This document shows positions 1-10,600 of a DNA stretch of 64,000 nucleotides, piece after piece. The stretch's first letter is position 1. Each line of letters opens with the position of its first letter. A model generated the notes under the pieces. It did no database searches and was not told the origin of the DNA. It was given only the letters and a program-made list of their open reading frames with translations. This DNA comes from Spirochaetales bacterium (GTDB taxonomy: Bacteria; Spirochaetota; Spirochaetia; DSM-27196; SLST01). Location: positions 199 to 64,198 of the forward strand of contig SKZO01000066.1 of NCBI GenBank assembly GCA_007127335.1, in the 5' to 3' direction. A program made the translations under genes and the position numbers.

Positions 1-1016
1 GCGAATATCGGGACCCCGTTGACCACCAGCGTGAACCGCTCGCCTTCTTCGTCGGGTTCCCGGTTCACCTCGAGCGTGCGGAAGCCCACTCTGCGCTCGA
101 TCCGGCTGTCGAAAGCCTCCACCACCACGCGGTACAGCGGCTGGTCGCCATATCCGTTCGGCCACCAGAGCCGCGGATCGGGCACGTCCAGCTCGACCGG
201 TTCGCATCTGTCCCCGTCCACGCGCCGTGGATCAAGTGAGACCTCGGTTGCCGTGGCGGCGCAGCGCGAGCCGTCGGCATCATACACGGATACGCTGAGC
301 GTTCCCCTGTGTGACCGTGCTCCCGCGGACGGCAGCTGCACGTGAGGTTCGACGCGCACGGTCCATGTATCCCCGTCCCGGAGAGCTACAGCCGGCGCGG
401 CGACCAGGTACGGTTCATCGGTGAGAACGAGCTCGACCGCCCCGTTCATACCGCAGACCATGAAGCACGGTCCCCAGTCCCAGCCGGAGTGGCACTGAAC
501 CTTGCGTACGAGGTTGCGGTGGAGCGATTGCACGGGTGCCATCGTGTGCGGAACCGGGTAGCGCAACGAAGCCGCGCGCTCGGCTGCGGTGCGCTCTGCC
601 GATGAGAATATGACCGTGATCTCGTTCGATCCCGTCCTGAGAACCTCGGAGGGCACCGGAATATCAACGGCGGTGAACATGTTGTCAGACGAGCCAATCC
701 GGTGCCCGTTGATCGCGATCTCTGCGATCGTGTCGAGGCTGTCTGCCCGGAACCGCGCGGCAGGGGAGTCGGCCCATCCGGGCTCGAGATCGAACGTTCG
801 TTCGAGCTTCCAGTCGGTCCGGCCGATCCATTGGAGCGAGAGCTCGTTCAGGCCGAAGTACGGATCGTCGATCAGTCCCGCACGGTAGAGGGCCGAGAGA
901 TTGTCACCCGGCATCTGTGCAGGTATGCTTTCCCTGAGCAGGCGGTCCGGGACTTCGGCATGGCCGGTTGGATGTGCGGTCAGCGACCAGACGCCGGAGA
1001 GATCGAGACGGATCAT
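1..1016 (-). CDS. Glycoside hydrolase family 2 beta-mannosidase-like protein, N-terminal part (3' end outside window)
   Basis: Absent from the ORF track because it runs off the window edge. Manual minus-strand translation from the ATG at 1016 (AAGGAG 5 nt upstream) stays open to position 1. It reads MIRLDLSGVWSLTAHPTG...LIDDPYFGLNE...LWWPNGYGDQPLYRVVVEA, a pattern typical of GH2 beta-mannosidase N-terminal domains. Confidence 0.7.
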   Translation of the reverse strand, partial: MIRLDLSGVWSLTAHPTGHAEVPDRLLRESIPAQMPGDNLSALYRAGLIDDPYFGLNELSLQWIGRTDWKLERTFDLEPGWADSPAARFRADSLDTIAEIAINGHRIGSSDNMFTAVDIPVPSEVLRTGSNEITVIFSSAERTAAERAASLRYPVPHTMAPVQSLHRNLVRKVQCHSGWDWGPCFMVCGMNGAVELVLTDEPYLVAAPAVALRDGDTWTVRVEPHVQLPSAGARSHRGTLSVSVYDADGSRCAATATEVSLDPRRVDGDRCEPVELDVPDPRLWWPNGYGDQPLYRVVVEAFDSRIERRVGFRTLEVNREPDEEGERFTLVVNGVPIF

Positions 1017-1100
1017 TCGTGCTCCTTCTTGCGCGAACTATACCAACCTTTCGTCTGGTAGGGAAGCTCCCGTCGGAAGGGCCAATGAGGAGGCCAAGAC

Positions 1101-2201
1101 ATGGGTGCCGATACGTTCAGTTTTCGAAACCTCACGGATCTCTATAGGGCCACTCCCGTGACGATGCTCGATCCCAGCGCCAGGATCGTCATCTTCAGCG
1201 ACCTCCACGTCGGGAACGGGAGCCGTACCGACGACTTCCTGCCGAACTCGGGCCTCTTCCTCACCGTCCTTGGCAGCTACTATCTGGAGAATCGGTACAA
1301 GCTCATCCTCAACGGCGATATCGAAGAGCTGCAGCGCTTCAGATTGCCGGACATCATGAGCCGGTGGAGCGCCGTCTACGACCTGTTCGCTCTCTTCGAA
1401 CGAGAGCACGGTTTCCTCAGGCTGGTCGGAAACCACGACCTCGATCTCCTGGGTCGCACCGACCATCCCTTCCGTATCGGCGAGGCCCTGCGTTTCTCGT
1501 ATCACGAGAACTCGATATTCGTCCTGCACGGACACCAGACCACGACGCGGTTCGAACGCTTCAACAAGCTGTACGGGTTCGGGCTGCGGTATTTCGCGAA
1601 TCCTCTGAAGATTCGCAACTACACCGTCGCGCACGACAGCCGGAAACGGTTTCGGACCGAGGAGCGCGTCTATGAGTTCGCCTCGGCCAACAAGGTGCTT
1701 TCGATCATCGGACACACGCACCGACCGCTGTTCGAGTCGATGAGCAAGGTTGATTCGCTCAAGTTCGAGATTGAGCGTCTGTGCCGCAAGTACCCCAAGG
1801 TTTCGCAGAAGAAGCAGCGGCAGATCGAACAGAAGGTCGAGGGATACCGCATCGAGCTCGAGCAGATCGACAGCGCCGATCACGAGGCGGCGTCGTCGTC
1901 GAGTCTCTACAATGCGAACCTCGTCGTACCGTGTCTGTTCAACTCGGGGACGGTGATCGGAAAGCGGGGCATGACGTGTCTCGAGATCGGCAACGACCGG
2001 ATCGCGCTCGTGCACTGGTTCGACGAATCCCGCAACCGAAAGTATCTGCGGTACGACAACTACGAGACCCAGCAGCTTCCGGGGACCGACTACCACCGTG
2101 TAGAGATGAAGAGCGATACCCTTGACTCGATTTTCGCCAGGATCAAGCTCCTCGCGGGGAACAACGCGACGCGGAATTTATCGGACGAATGGTCGGATTG
2201 A
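1101..2201 (+). CDS. Metallophosphoesterase (calcineurin-like phosphoesterase family)
   Basis: Shows the ordered phosphoesterase motifs DLHVGNG, NGDIEE, GNHD and GHTH in a 366-aa ORF. Confidence 0.8.
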   Translation: MGADTFSFRNLTDLYRATPVTMLDPSARIVIFSDLHVGNGSRTDDFLPNSGLFLTVLGSYYLENRYKLILNGDIEELQRFRLPDIMSRWSAVYDLFALFEREHGFLRLVGNHDLDLLGRTDHPFRIGEALRFSYHENSIFVLHGHQTTTRFERFNKLYGFGLRYFANPLKIRNYTVAHDSRKRFRTEERVYEFASANKVLSIIGHTHRPLFESMSKVDSLKFEIERLCRKYPKVSQKKQRQIEQKVEGYRIELEQIDSADHEAASSSSLYNANLVVPCLFNSGTVIGKRGMTCLEIGNDRIALVHWFDESRNRKYLRYDNYETQQLPGTDYHRVEMKSDTLDSIFARIKLLAGNNATRNLSDEWSD

Positions 2202-2278
2202 CCGACGGGACCACGACACGAACCAGGCAGCCTGAAGACGGTTGTATGACGGTCGGCTGTCTGGTACCATAGAGAACC

Positions 2279-3139
2279 ATGAAGATCGGGTTTGTTGGTA
2301 CAGGTGTGATGGGCAGAAGCATGGCCGGTCATCTGATGGACGGCGGGCACGAGCTGACGGTGTATAACCGAACCAGGTCGAAAGCTCAGGAACTGCTCGA
2401 CCGGGGGGCCGGTTGGGCAGACACGCCGGCCGGTGCGGCACGTGATGCCGACGTCGTCATGACGATCGTCGGATTTCCCGCGGATGTCGAAGAGGTCTAC
2501 TTCGGTGAGAAGGGAATCCTCCCCGAAGCGCCGGACGGGTGCGTCCTCGTGGACATGACCACGTCACGACCTGATCTCGCCGTGCGCATAGCCGAGGAGG
2601 CGGGTACGCGCGGAATCACGACGCTTGATGCTCCGGTCTCAGGCGGCGACGTGGGGGCGCGTGAGGCCCGATTGTCGATCATGGTCGGCGGACCGGAGGC
2701 CACATTCGTACGGATCAGACCGCTGTTCGAGTTGATGGGCAGGAACATCGTCCATCAGGGGCCGGCCGGAAGCGGTCAGCACACGAAGATGTGCAACCAG
2801 ATCGCCATTGCGGCAGGAATGCTCGGGGTCTGTGAGGCAGTCTCCTATGCGCGTACCGCCGGGCTCGATCCCGAGACCGTTCTCGAGAGTATAGGATCGG
2901 GAGCCGCCGCCTCGTGGAGCCTCAGCAATCTCGCGCCTCGCATGATCGCGGGGAACTTCGATCCGGGTTTCTACGTGAAGCACTTCATCAAGGATCTCTC
3001 GATCGCCCTCGAGAGCGCTCAGGCGATGGGGCTTCGGACGCCGGGGCTTGCGCTCGCGAAACAGCTCTACGAGGAACTCGCGGCCGCCGGTGGTGAAGAC
3101 AACGGGACTCAGGCCCTCTACAAGCTCTACATGACGTAG
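2279..3139 (+). CDS. NAD(P)-dependent beta-hydroxyacid dehydrogenase (3-hydroxyisobutyrate / 2-hydroxy-3-oxopropionate reductase family)
   Basis: N-terminal Rossmann motif GFVGTGVMG, then DAPVSGG and a catalytic-lysine region (GSGQHTKMCNQ). Length is 286 aa. Confidence 0.85.
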   Translation: MKIGFVGTGVMGRSMAGHLMDGGHELTVYNRTRSKAQELLDRGAGWADTPAGAARDADVVMTIVGFPADVEEVYFGEKGILPEAPDGCVLVDMTTSRPDLAVRIAEEAGTRGITTLDAPVSGGDVGAREARLSIMVGGPEATFVRIRPLFELMGRNIVHQGPAGSGQHTKMCNQIAIAAGMLGVCEAVSYARTAGLDPETVLESIGSGAAASWSLSNLAPRMIAGNFDPGFYVKHFIKDLSIALESAQAMGLRTPGLALAKQLYEELAAAGGEDNGTQALYKLYMT

Positions 3140-3155
3140 GATCCGGCGGGGATCA

Positions 3156-4544
3156 ATGGACCTCGTTCGCGATCCGATTCCCTCTCTCATCCGAAGGATC
3201 TCGGTTCCGTTCGCCCTTGGCATGGTGTTCAACACCATGTTCAACGTGACCGACACATTTTTCGCCGGACGACTCTCCACGGACTCTCTCGCGGCGCTCT
3301 CGCTGTCATTTCCCATGTTCTTCCTCGTGCTCGGTCCCGGTATCGGTATCCAGAGCGGGGCGGCGGCACTCATCTCGAACGCGCTCGGCGCCGGCGACCG
3401 GCGCGCGGCCGTGCGCTACCAGGTCCAGGCAGTGACGCTCGGATTAGCCGTGGCCGTCGGGATCGGCGGACTTCTCTTCGTTCTGCTCGAGCCCATCTAC
3501 CGGTTCTTCGGGGCCGAGGGCGAGGTGCTCGCCGGAGGCCTCCGGTATATGCGGGTGATTGCCGGTGGAGGCGCCTTCATCGTGCTGTCACAGGTGCTCA
3601 ATGCGGGGCTCGTTGCCCGAGGCGACACGAAAGCCTTCCGCAACGTCCTCATCGCCATCGCGCTGCTGAACGTCGGGCTCGATCCGCTTCTGATGTTCGG
3701 CGTGACGATCAACGATGTCACGATCATTCCCCCTCTGCGCGAGACCGGTACCGCGCTTGCCACGGTGGTGCTGCAGGGGGGCGGGTTGGTCTATCTGGTT
3801 CGCAGAGGAAGCCGACGCGGTATCTACGAAGGCGCCGGCCTGCGCGAGTATCTCCCGGACGGCAGGACGATGCGAGAACTCGTCGGGCAGTCGGCGCCGG
3901 CCACCCTGGATATTCTCATCATGACGCTCGGTTCATTCGTGATCAACTACTTCGTCGCCGGGTTCGGTCGGGACTACATCGCCGCCTACGGCGCGGGCCT
4001 TCGGATCGAACAGATCGCGCTCCTTCCGCTGTTCGGCATCAGCACCGCGCTTGCGACCCTGACCGGGCAGAACAACGGGGCGCAACGCCTTGACCGCGTC
4101 GACGAGTCGTTTCGGGTGTCGGTGCGGTTCTCGCTCATCGCCGCGGCGACGATTCTCACGCCCGTGCTCCTGCTTGCAGCACCGTTGCTGCGCCTGTTTA
4201 CGGACAACGCGACTGTCGTCACGATCGGCCGTCGGTACCTCTACATTCAGGGACTCACCTATTTCTCGTATATTCTGATGAACCTGTCCAACGCTGTGCT
4301 CCGCGGGCTGAAACGACCCGTGATGATCATGTGGGTCGGGTTGTACCGCCAGATAGCCGCGCCGTTCATCGTCTTCCCCTCGCTCGCCTACGCGGCCGGC
4401 ATGGGCGTGGACGGGGTATTCTGGGGGCTCGCATTCGTGAACTGGTCGGCCGCGGCGTTCAGCTTCTGGTGGTCCCGCCGCACGCTTGCACGCCAACGCA
4501 TGACGGGGGCAAGCCCGGCCCCCGTCGCGCCGTCGCCCGGCTAG
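3156..4544 (+). CDS. MATE family efflux transporter
   Basis: A 462-aa polytopic protein with a MATE-like N-terminus (PFALGMVFNTMFNVTDTFFAGRLSTDSLAALSLSFP) and a duplicated 6-TM pattern. Confidence 0.85.
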   Translation: MDLVRDPIPSLIRRISVPFALGMVFNTMFNVTDTFFAGRLSTDSLAALSLSFPMFFLVLGPGIGIQSGAAALISNALGAGDRRAAVRYQVQAVTLGLAVAVGIGGLLFVLLEPIYRFFGAEGEVLAGGLRYMRVIAGGGAFIVLSQVLNAGLVARGDTKAFRNVLIAIALLNVGLDPLLMFGVTINDVTIIPPLRETGTALATVVLQGGGLVYLVRRGSRRGIYEGAGLREYLPDGRTMRELVGQSAPATLDILIMTLGSFVINYFVAGFGRDYIAAYGAGLRIEQIALLPLFGISTALATLTGQNNGAQRLDRVDESFRVSVRFSLIAAATILTPVLLLAAPLLRLFTDNATVVTIGRRYLYIQGLTYFSYILMNLSNAVLRGLKRPVMIMWVGLYRQIAAPFIVFPSLAYAAGMGVDGVFWGLAFVNWSAAAFSFWWSRRTLARQRMTGASPAPVAPSPG

Positions 4545-5761
4545 TCCTCGACGACGTAGATCTCCACCCTCCGGTTGCGTGCCCGCCCCGCCTCCGTCTC
4601 GTTGGAGGCCACCGGCTCGGTCGCTCCCCGGCCTTCGAGATCGATCAGATCGCCGCTGATGCCGCGGCGGGTCAGCTCTTCCGCGATGACGCGGGCCCGC
4701 TCGAGAGAGAGCGCGATCCGGCCTTCCCGCGTCCCCACGTCCGCAGTGTGGCCGACCACGAGGAAACGCACCCCCGACAGCGGGCCGAGCACGTCGGCGA
4801 TTCCCGAGAGCCTTGGGCTCTCGTCAGGCAACAGCACCGCCTCGTCCGGCCGGAATCGCAGGGCATCGATCGTCAGTCTGACCCCCACATCGGTGCGATC
4901 GACGGAGACGTCGTGCGTCCGGTCGCGGTCGAGGTGCTTCTCTATCGCCGCCGAGATGCGAGGGGCTGCCGGCTCGCCCCCACTGACGAAGATGAGCACG
5001 TGTCCCTGGACTTCCATCGTCGAGCCGTCGGCGAACTGGTATCGCTCATTGACGGTATCGCGCAGAAAGACGAGCTGCGTGCCGGAGTCGGGGAGCATGA
5101 CCGTGACGCGGTGTGATCCCTGCACGAGGGTTACGTCGCCCGCATAGTCGACGACCGGCGCGTCGGGATCGTCGGAGGGCGGCAAGGGATACCGGGTAGC
5201 GAATTGCGCCTCGATTCGGGCCGCCAGCTCGCCGTTCCACTCCTCGCGCCCCTTGTACTCGTAGGCGACGGTGACCGGCAGACGCAGCGGGGCCTCGTCG
5301 CTGCGCGGGTTGATCAGTGTCCAGGCCTGTGCCTTCCACGACGTCCCCGGCACGATCGGGCCGGGAGGCAGCGCGAGGAAATCCTGGATGAAAGGGTACG
5401 GCGCATCACCGTGAAACAGCGTGCGTGCGCAGATGCCGAGAGACCCGGCCGTCGACCGGTCGATCAGCCGTCCGACCTCATGGGCATCGCGGCGTATCTT
5501 TTCATACACGAAGAAGCGGCCCGAGTACTCGCCGGAAGTCTGCTCTGAAGCGTGGCCCGTGACTTCGCGGGTGAACAGGCCCGTGTAGCGTCCGTTTTCT
5601 CTTACGGACAGGTTGCTGCGTTCTGAGACCCGGATGCGCGGCGGCGTGCGCAGTGCGACGGTCTCCCCACCGGGCGTGGCGCCGAGCGAGGCTGTGCATG
5701 CAGCGACGAGGATCGCGGTCGAGACAAAGACCATCAGCCGACGCGGTCGCGCGGAAACCAT
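4541..5761 (-). CDS. OmpA-domain lipoprotein
   Basis: Signal peptide with lipobox (ILVAAC). C-terminal OmpA peptidoglycan-binding domain (GHTADVGTREGRIALSLERARVIAEEL...NRRVEIYV). The N-terminal 270 aa are unassigned. Confidence 0.8.
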   Translation of the reverse strand: MVSARPRRLMVFVSTAILVAACTASLGATPGGETVALRTPPRIRVSERSNLSVRENGRYTGLFTREVTGHASEQTSGEYSGRFFVYEKIRRDAHEVGRLIDRSTAGSLGICARTLFHGDAPYPFIQDFLALPPGPIVPGTSWKAQAWTLINPRSDEAPLRLPVTVAYEYKGREEWNGELAARIEAQFATRYPLPPSDDPDAPVVDYAGDVTLVQGSHRVTVMLPDSGTQLVFLRDTVNERYQFADGSTMEVQGHVLIFVSGGEPAAPRISAAIEKHLDRDRTHDVSVDRTDVGVRLTIDALRFRPDEAVLLPDESPRLSGIADVLGPLSGVRFLVVGHTADVGTREGRIALSLERARVIAEELTRRGISGDLIDLEGRGATEPVASNETEAGRARNRRVEIYVVED

Positions 5762-5904
5762 GCCGGCATACTACGACATGCCGGGCGAACGATCTACCGC
5801 CTCGCCGCCACGGGTCAAGCCGAGAACACAATCTTGCTCGCGGCCGTCCCACCGTATTGACGCAGGGAACGAGGGCGCGCATGGTGGGGTATGGAGGATC
5901 GAGC

Positions 5905-6546
5905 ATGAAAGACGTCAATCCGCGGGCACGGGTGAGCCGCCTTATCGACGAACGGAACTTCCTTGGAGCGCAACTTTTCCTCAAGGAGACGGATATTGCC
6001 GAGGACGAGCGAAACGAGTTGCTCGGTGTGCTCGCGACCGCGGTCGTCGACGAGCTGAGTCGTTCACGGCGTGAGGACCGCGAACGCCTTGCGTATCTGC
6101 GGAGCGTCCTCGCCTGGATACTCCGCGAGGTTCCCGGGCTGGGGGCGCTCTACCGGGAACAGCTCCGCGAGGTGTCCGGAGGTACCGACCCGTTTTCCGA
6201 CTTCAGGCGCGGGCTGCGCAGCTTTGGCGATGTGGCCGCCGGTCGCAAGAGCGTACGCGACGGGCTGTCCGAGGCCGCTGAAGAAGCCCGATTGCGGTTC
6301 GACGATGCGGCCGAACAGCTGCGCTCCGGTGAGCCGCCCGAGGACGTCGCGGACTTCCTCACTGCGGCGGAGAAGGGAATCCGCGGCGGGCTTGACCAGC
6401 TCAGCGCGTTCTTCCGCGCGATGAATGAAGGCGTGGAGGAGAAGGAGGAGCGGCGTACCCAGGACGAAGACGGGCGCGCTGCGGCGAGGGCGGACAGCGA
6501 ACACGATGTCGAAGACGCCGACTTCTCGCCGGATGAGGGGCCCTGA
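5905..6546 (+). CDS. Hypothetical acidic, helix-rich protein
   Basis: Internal ATG at 5905 preceded by GGAGGA. The track ORF's upstream extension (from 5653) is Arg-rich GC noise. No motif recognised. Confidence 0.5.
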   Translation: MKDVNPRARVSRLIDERNFLGAQLFLKETDIAEDERNELLGVLATAVVDELSRSRREDRERLAYLRSVLAWILREVPGLGALYREQLREVSGGTDPFSDFRRGLRSFGDVAAGRKSVRDGLSEAAEEARLRFDDAAEQLRSGEPPEDVADFLTAAEKGIRGGLDQLSAFFRAMNEGVEEKEERRTQDEDGRAAARADSEHDVEDADFSPDEGP

Positions 6547-6578
6547 CTCGATCTGCCTCCGGTCAGGAGCGTTTGCGA

Positions 6579-7409
6579 TCACATGCGGGGACGCGCCGCC
6601 GCTGCCCGGTAGACGATGCTTCGTGGAACCAGCGGCGACAGGGCGGCGAGGAGCCGGTTCGCCGCACCCGGGATGATGATGACATCGCGCCTGCGGGGGA
6701 GTGAGTCAGGGCGCGAACGAAGTCGCCGGTGAGCGCGATCGGCCGCGCGCATGCTCCGACGCACCACCGCGTCGGCGTCCATCCAACGGATGAGGCCCCG
6801 GTTCTTCCGCTTCTGCCGGTAATTCTCAATGTTCCGGTGGAAATCAGTGCGGACATAGCCGGGCGTGAGCGCCTGGACGACCACGCCGCGTCGGGCCGCT
6901 TCGAGTGCGAGTGTCTCGCTGAACCGCTCGAGAAAGCACTTCGTGGCCACGTACAGCGCTGATCCCGGGACCGCGACCCGTCCTGCGAGCGATCCGACGT
7001 TGATGATGAGCCCGCTGCCTGCGCTTCCCATACTGCGCAGGGCCGTTCGGCAGAGTCGGACAGGAACCTCCGCCTGGACCGTCAGCATGCCAAGGAGCGG
7101 CTCCGGCTCGGAGTCGGCGACGTCGCTGTAGTGGCTGAAGCCTGCGTTGTTGATCAGCGCGGCCAATCCCGGTTCACCCGCGACGGCCTCGACCGTTGAG
7201 GCAACTCGCGGATCGGCCAGGTCGCCGACGATGAGCTCTACACTCGCCGCCCCGAGCCTCATCGCCTCGTGCCGTGCCTCTTCAAGCACCGTTTCACGCC
7301 TTCCCGTGAGAACGAGTCGTGCTCCCTCAGCGGCGAAGAGGCGTGCGAACTCGCGCCCGATGCCACTGGACGCTCCCGTAATGATGACCGTGCGGCTCTG
7401 ATAGTTCAC
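6579..7409 (-). CDS. Short-chain dehydrogenase/reductase (classical SDR)
   Basis: TGASSGIGREFA cofactor motif, NNAG, catalytic Ser (NVGSLAG) and YVATK (YxxxK). Confidence 0.85.
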   Translation of the reverse strand: MNYQSRTVIITGASSGIGREFARLFAAEGARLVLTGRRETVLEEARHEAMRLGAASVELIVGDLADPRVASTVEAVAGEPGLAALINNAGFSHYSDVADSEPEPLLGMLTVQAEVPVRLCRTALRSMGSAGSGLIINVGSLAGRVAVPGSALYVATKCFLERFSETLALEAARRGVVVQALTPGYVRTDFHRNIENYRQKRKNRGLIRWMDADAVVRRSMRAADRAHRRLRSRPDSLPRRRDVIIIPGAANRLLAALSPLVPRSIVYRAAAARPRM

Positions 7410-7627
7410 TGTATGTGTTACCTTTTCCCGGTGCTGTTGTTATTCAGATGAGCAGGACGGCAGTCCTCCTATTCTTCATGTGCCGGCGGGTCGGCGCTTT
7501 CAGGGATTTCGACCTCCTTTGCCCTGGAGGCATTTTTCGCCCGCCCGGCCTGACCCCGGGTCTGTCTGGCGGTTGTCCATCCACAACAATCGTCGCAGAC
7601 CCGGTGGTCTCCTCAACCGGCCGTTTT

Positions 7628-10600
7628 CTACACGGCTCTCATCACCGCCCCTGCGTACGTGAATCCGCCGCCGAATGCCGTCATCCCGATCAGCTCTCCG
7701 CTCGCGCGGGTGCCGATCAACTCCGCGAGGCACAACGGAATTGTCGAACTCGACGTGTTGCCGAGTGTGCGGATATTGCTGTAGACCATTTCCGCAGGGA
7801 CTCGCATGCGCTGCCGAACCGCGTTGATGATCCGCTGGTTTGCCTGGTGAGGCACCACGAGGCTCAGGTCGCTGAGGTTGACGTGCGCTTCCTGCGCGGC
7901 GCTCCGGAGCATGTCGATCATCGCACGCACCGCGACCTGGTAGACCTTCGGGCCGTCCATGCCAATGCGCTCGAGGTCGGATACCGGGACCTTCAGAGCA
8001 TCGCCGGGCTCGCCCTGTGCCCCGATCGCCGGACGGAATATCTGCGCCGCGGCGCTCCCGGCGTTCGCGCTTCCCACGAGAACAGACGCGGTTGCCGCGT
8101 CCCCGAATATTGGAGCCGTGTCGGGGTCGGCGGTGTCGAGCTTGGGCGACAGCGCCTCCGTCGTGACCAGCAGGACGCGATGCCGCGGCTTGCTCTGCAG
8201 ATAGTCGTAGGCGATCTGAAGCCCATAGAGGTATCCCGAGCAGGCGGCGCTGATGTCATAGCCCGCCGTGTTCGTGTCACGGTCGCCGGCGAGCTCGTAC
8301 TGGATGAGAGTCGCCATCGACGGGGTTGTGTACAGCGGGGTCCCGGTCGCACAGAGGATGAGATCGATGTCGTCGACTTTCAGCCCCTGCTGCTCGAGAG
8401 CTTCCTTCGATGCCTCGACGGCCATTGACAGAGCCGTCTCGCCCTCCGCGACCCATTGCCGCGACTCTATGCCCGTCCGTTTCACGATGTCCTGAGGGCT
8501 CCACGAGGGGCACATTCGCGAGATCTCCTCGTTGTCCACCAGGCGCGACCCGGTGCGCCGTGCCACGCCCGCGAGCCCCGCGACGAGGCGCGCGCCGGCT
8601 CCGTTGCCGGGGGCCGTCGCAGGCGCCGAAGCGACCGTAGACCCGGTGAAGCCTGCCTCCGGTCTCGCGATTCCTCCGGGCTCAATGCCCGTGATCACCG
8701 GTTCGCCGGGCTCCTCCCGCGTAACGGGCTTGAGCGAGACGTCGCCTTCAACGGTCCGCACGTTGAACAACGGCGCGCCCACCTTGACCGTGTCACCCTC
8801 TTCGCACAGGAGCTCTACCACCGTGCCGGCGACCGGGCTCTTGAAGTCGAATGCAGCCTTGTCGGCTTCGAGCTCCGCTACGAGCTGACCCTCGGCGAGG
8901 TCGCTGCCGGGCTCGATATGCCAGGTGATCACGGTCACCGACTCGTCCGACGGGCTCGCGCCAATTGCCTCCACCGTACGGACTCCGCTCGCGGAGTCCT
9001 CGGGAAGCTTCCACGCCACGGTCCCCCCAAGGACATCCACGCAGGTCTCGAGCAACCGCCGGTACGAAGGCAGCACCTCGAGCTGATTCGCGAAGTTGCA
9101 GGGCACATAGGTGTCGCCACGCGTCACTCGACGGGCGATGATGGGGCCGGAGAGCCGCTCGCTCACGGTCGCGATGACTTCAGCGCCCATGCCTCCTGTG
9201 TGGTTGTCTTCATGGACGACGACCAGGCGGCGGGTCTTCGACACGGACTCGCTTACGCGCTCCACATCCCATGGGACCAGGCTGCGCAGATCGATGATCT
9301 CGGCTGAGACGTCGATGGCTGCGAGGGCGTCTGCCGCCTGTCTGCAGAGCCGCACCGTATTGCCCCAGCCGACGAGTGTGATGTGTTCGCCCGAGCGCAC
9401 GGTGCGGGCCGTACCGATCGGGACGAGATGGCGGTCGACGTCGTTCGTCGTGACCGCCGACCGGTCGTTCAAGCAGTTCTTCGGGTAGAAGAATATCGTC
9501 GGACGCTCGCTCTCGAAGGCGGCGTTGAGCAGTCCCGCTGCTTCTCCGGCCGTCGACGGCATGAAGACGTCAATCCCGGGGGTGTGCGCGGCGATACCCT
9601 CCATGCTCGATGCATGGAAGGGGCCAAGGCCCGGACGGTAACCGCCGCATGTCACCATGACGATGACCGGAACCTGCCATCCCCCGTCGGTACGCCAGTG
9701 CATGCTCCCGAGCTCGGCGAAGATCTGGTTGTACGCAATGGGCAGAAAGTCCGCGAACTGAAGAAAGGCCACGGGTCGCTTGCCCGCGAGCGCCTGTCCA
9801 ACGGTGACTCCCACGATCGTCGCCTCCGCGAGCGGCGAGTTGACGACCCGCCCAGGGAACTGCTGTGTCAGACCGCGGGTGATGCCGAAGACATCACCCT
9901 TGGGGTCCTCGAGGTCCTCTCCGAACAACTGTACGCGCTCGTCCGTCCCGAGCCGCGCTCGCAGAACCTCCCGGATCGCTTCGAGCATGGTGAGCTCGCC
10001 TCCGCCCCGGCCGCCGGTGTATTCGTTCTCGCGGTCGCGCAGACGCGCGGGGAGCGGCTTCACGGCGGTCGTCACCGGTTCCGGTTCAGCGCTGCGCTGC
10101 GCTTTTCTGGCAGTGGCCCGCAGTTCGGTCTCCACCTGCTCGCGCAGCGCGTCGAGCTCCGCCGGCGCGACGCCGGTTTCCTCAAGGTGGCGACGCATCA
10201 CCAGGATCGGGTCGCCCGTGGATCGGATGTGCTCGATCTCCTGCGGAGTCCGATACATCCGCTGGTCGTCGGCGTTGGTGTGATTGCTGAGGCGGTCCAC
10301 GCTCATGATGGCGATCGCAGGACCGCGGGTCTCGCGCATCCCGGCGACGATTTCGCCGAACGCGTCGTGGCAGGCGGTCGGATCGCGTCCATCAATGCGC
10401 CGGATCGGTACCGTGTAGAACTCTTCGCTCTGTCCTGACGGGGTCGAGTAGAAGGTGCGTTGGAGCGTCTTGGTCGAGATCGCGAACGCGTTATCCTGGA
10501 TCAAAAAGAGGACGGGCAGGGTGTCGCGAACGCAGTGGCCGATCGCCTCGAGGATCTCTCCCTGCTGGGTCATCCCGTCGCCGAGCGAGCACAGGACGAT

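Noticed and set aside
1038-2096. Long antisense or out-of-frame ORFs throughout the window. Examples are 1038..2096(-), 8456..9307(+), 9383..10438(+), 23197..24264(+), 32809..34311(-), 35821..37239(+), 45746..47131(-), 55163..56917(-) and 59132..59863(+).
   Set aside because: Each lies opposite to, or out of frame with, a gene carrying clear family motifs. Their products are Arg/Pro/Gly/Ala-rich with no motifs, as expected from stop-codon depletion in GC-rich DNA. I treat them as non-coding.
5763-5784. 7-bp hairpin (CCGGCAT-n8-ATGCCGG) immediately upstream of the OmpA-like lipoprotein start codon, where a Shine-Dalgarno sequence would sit.
   Set aside because: A short GC stem like this is expected by chance in such GC-rich DNA, and there is no supporting conservation or second element. 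I note it only as a possible translational feature.
6542-6567. Possible bidirectional terminator hairpin (CCTGAC-n14-GTCAGG) between the convergent 5905..6546 and SDR genes.
   Set aside because: It has only a 6-bp stem with a 14-nt loop and no U-tract on either strand, so it is too weak to call.
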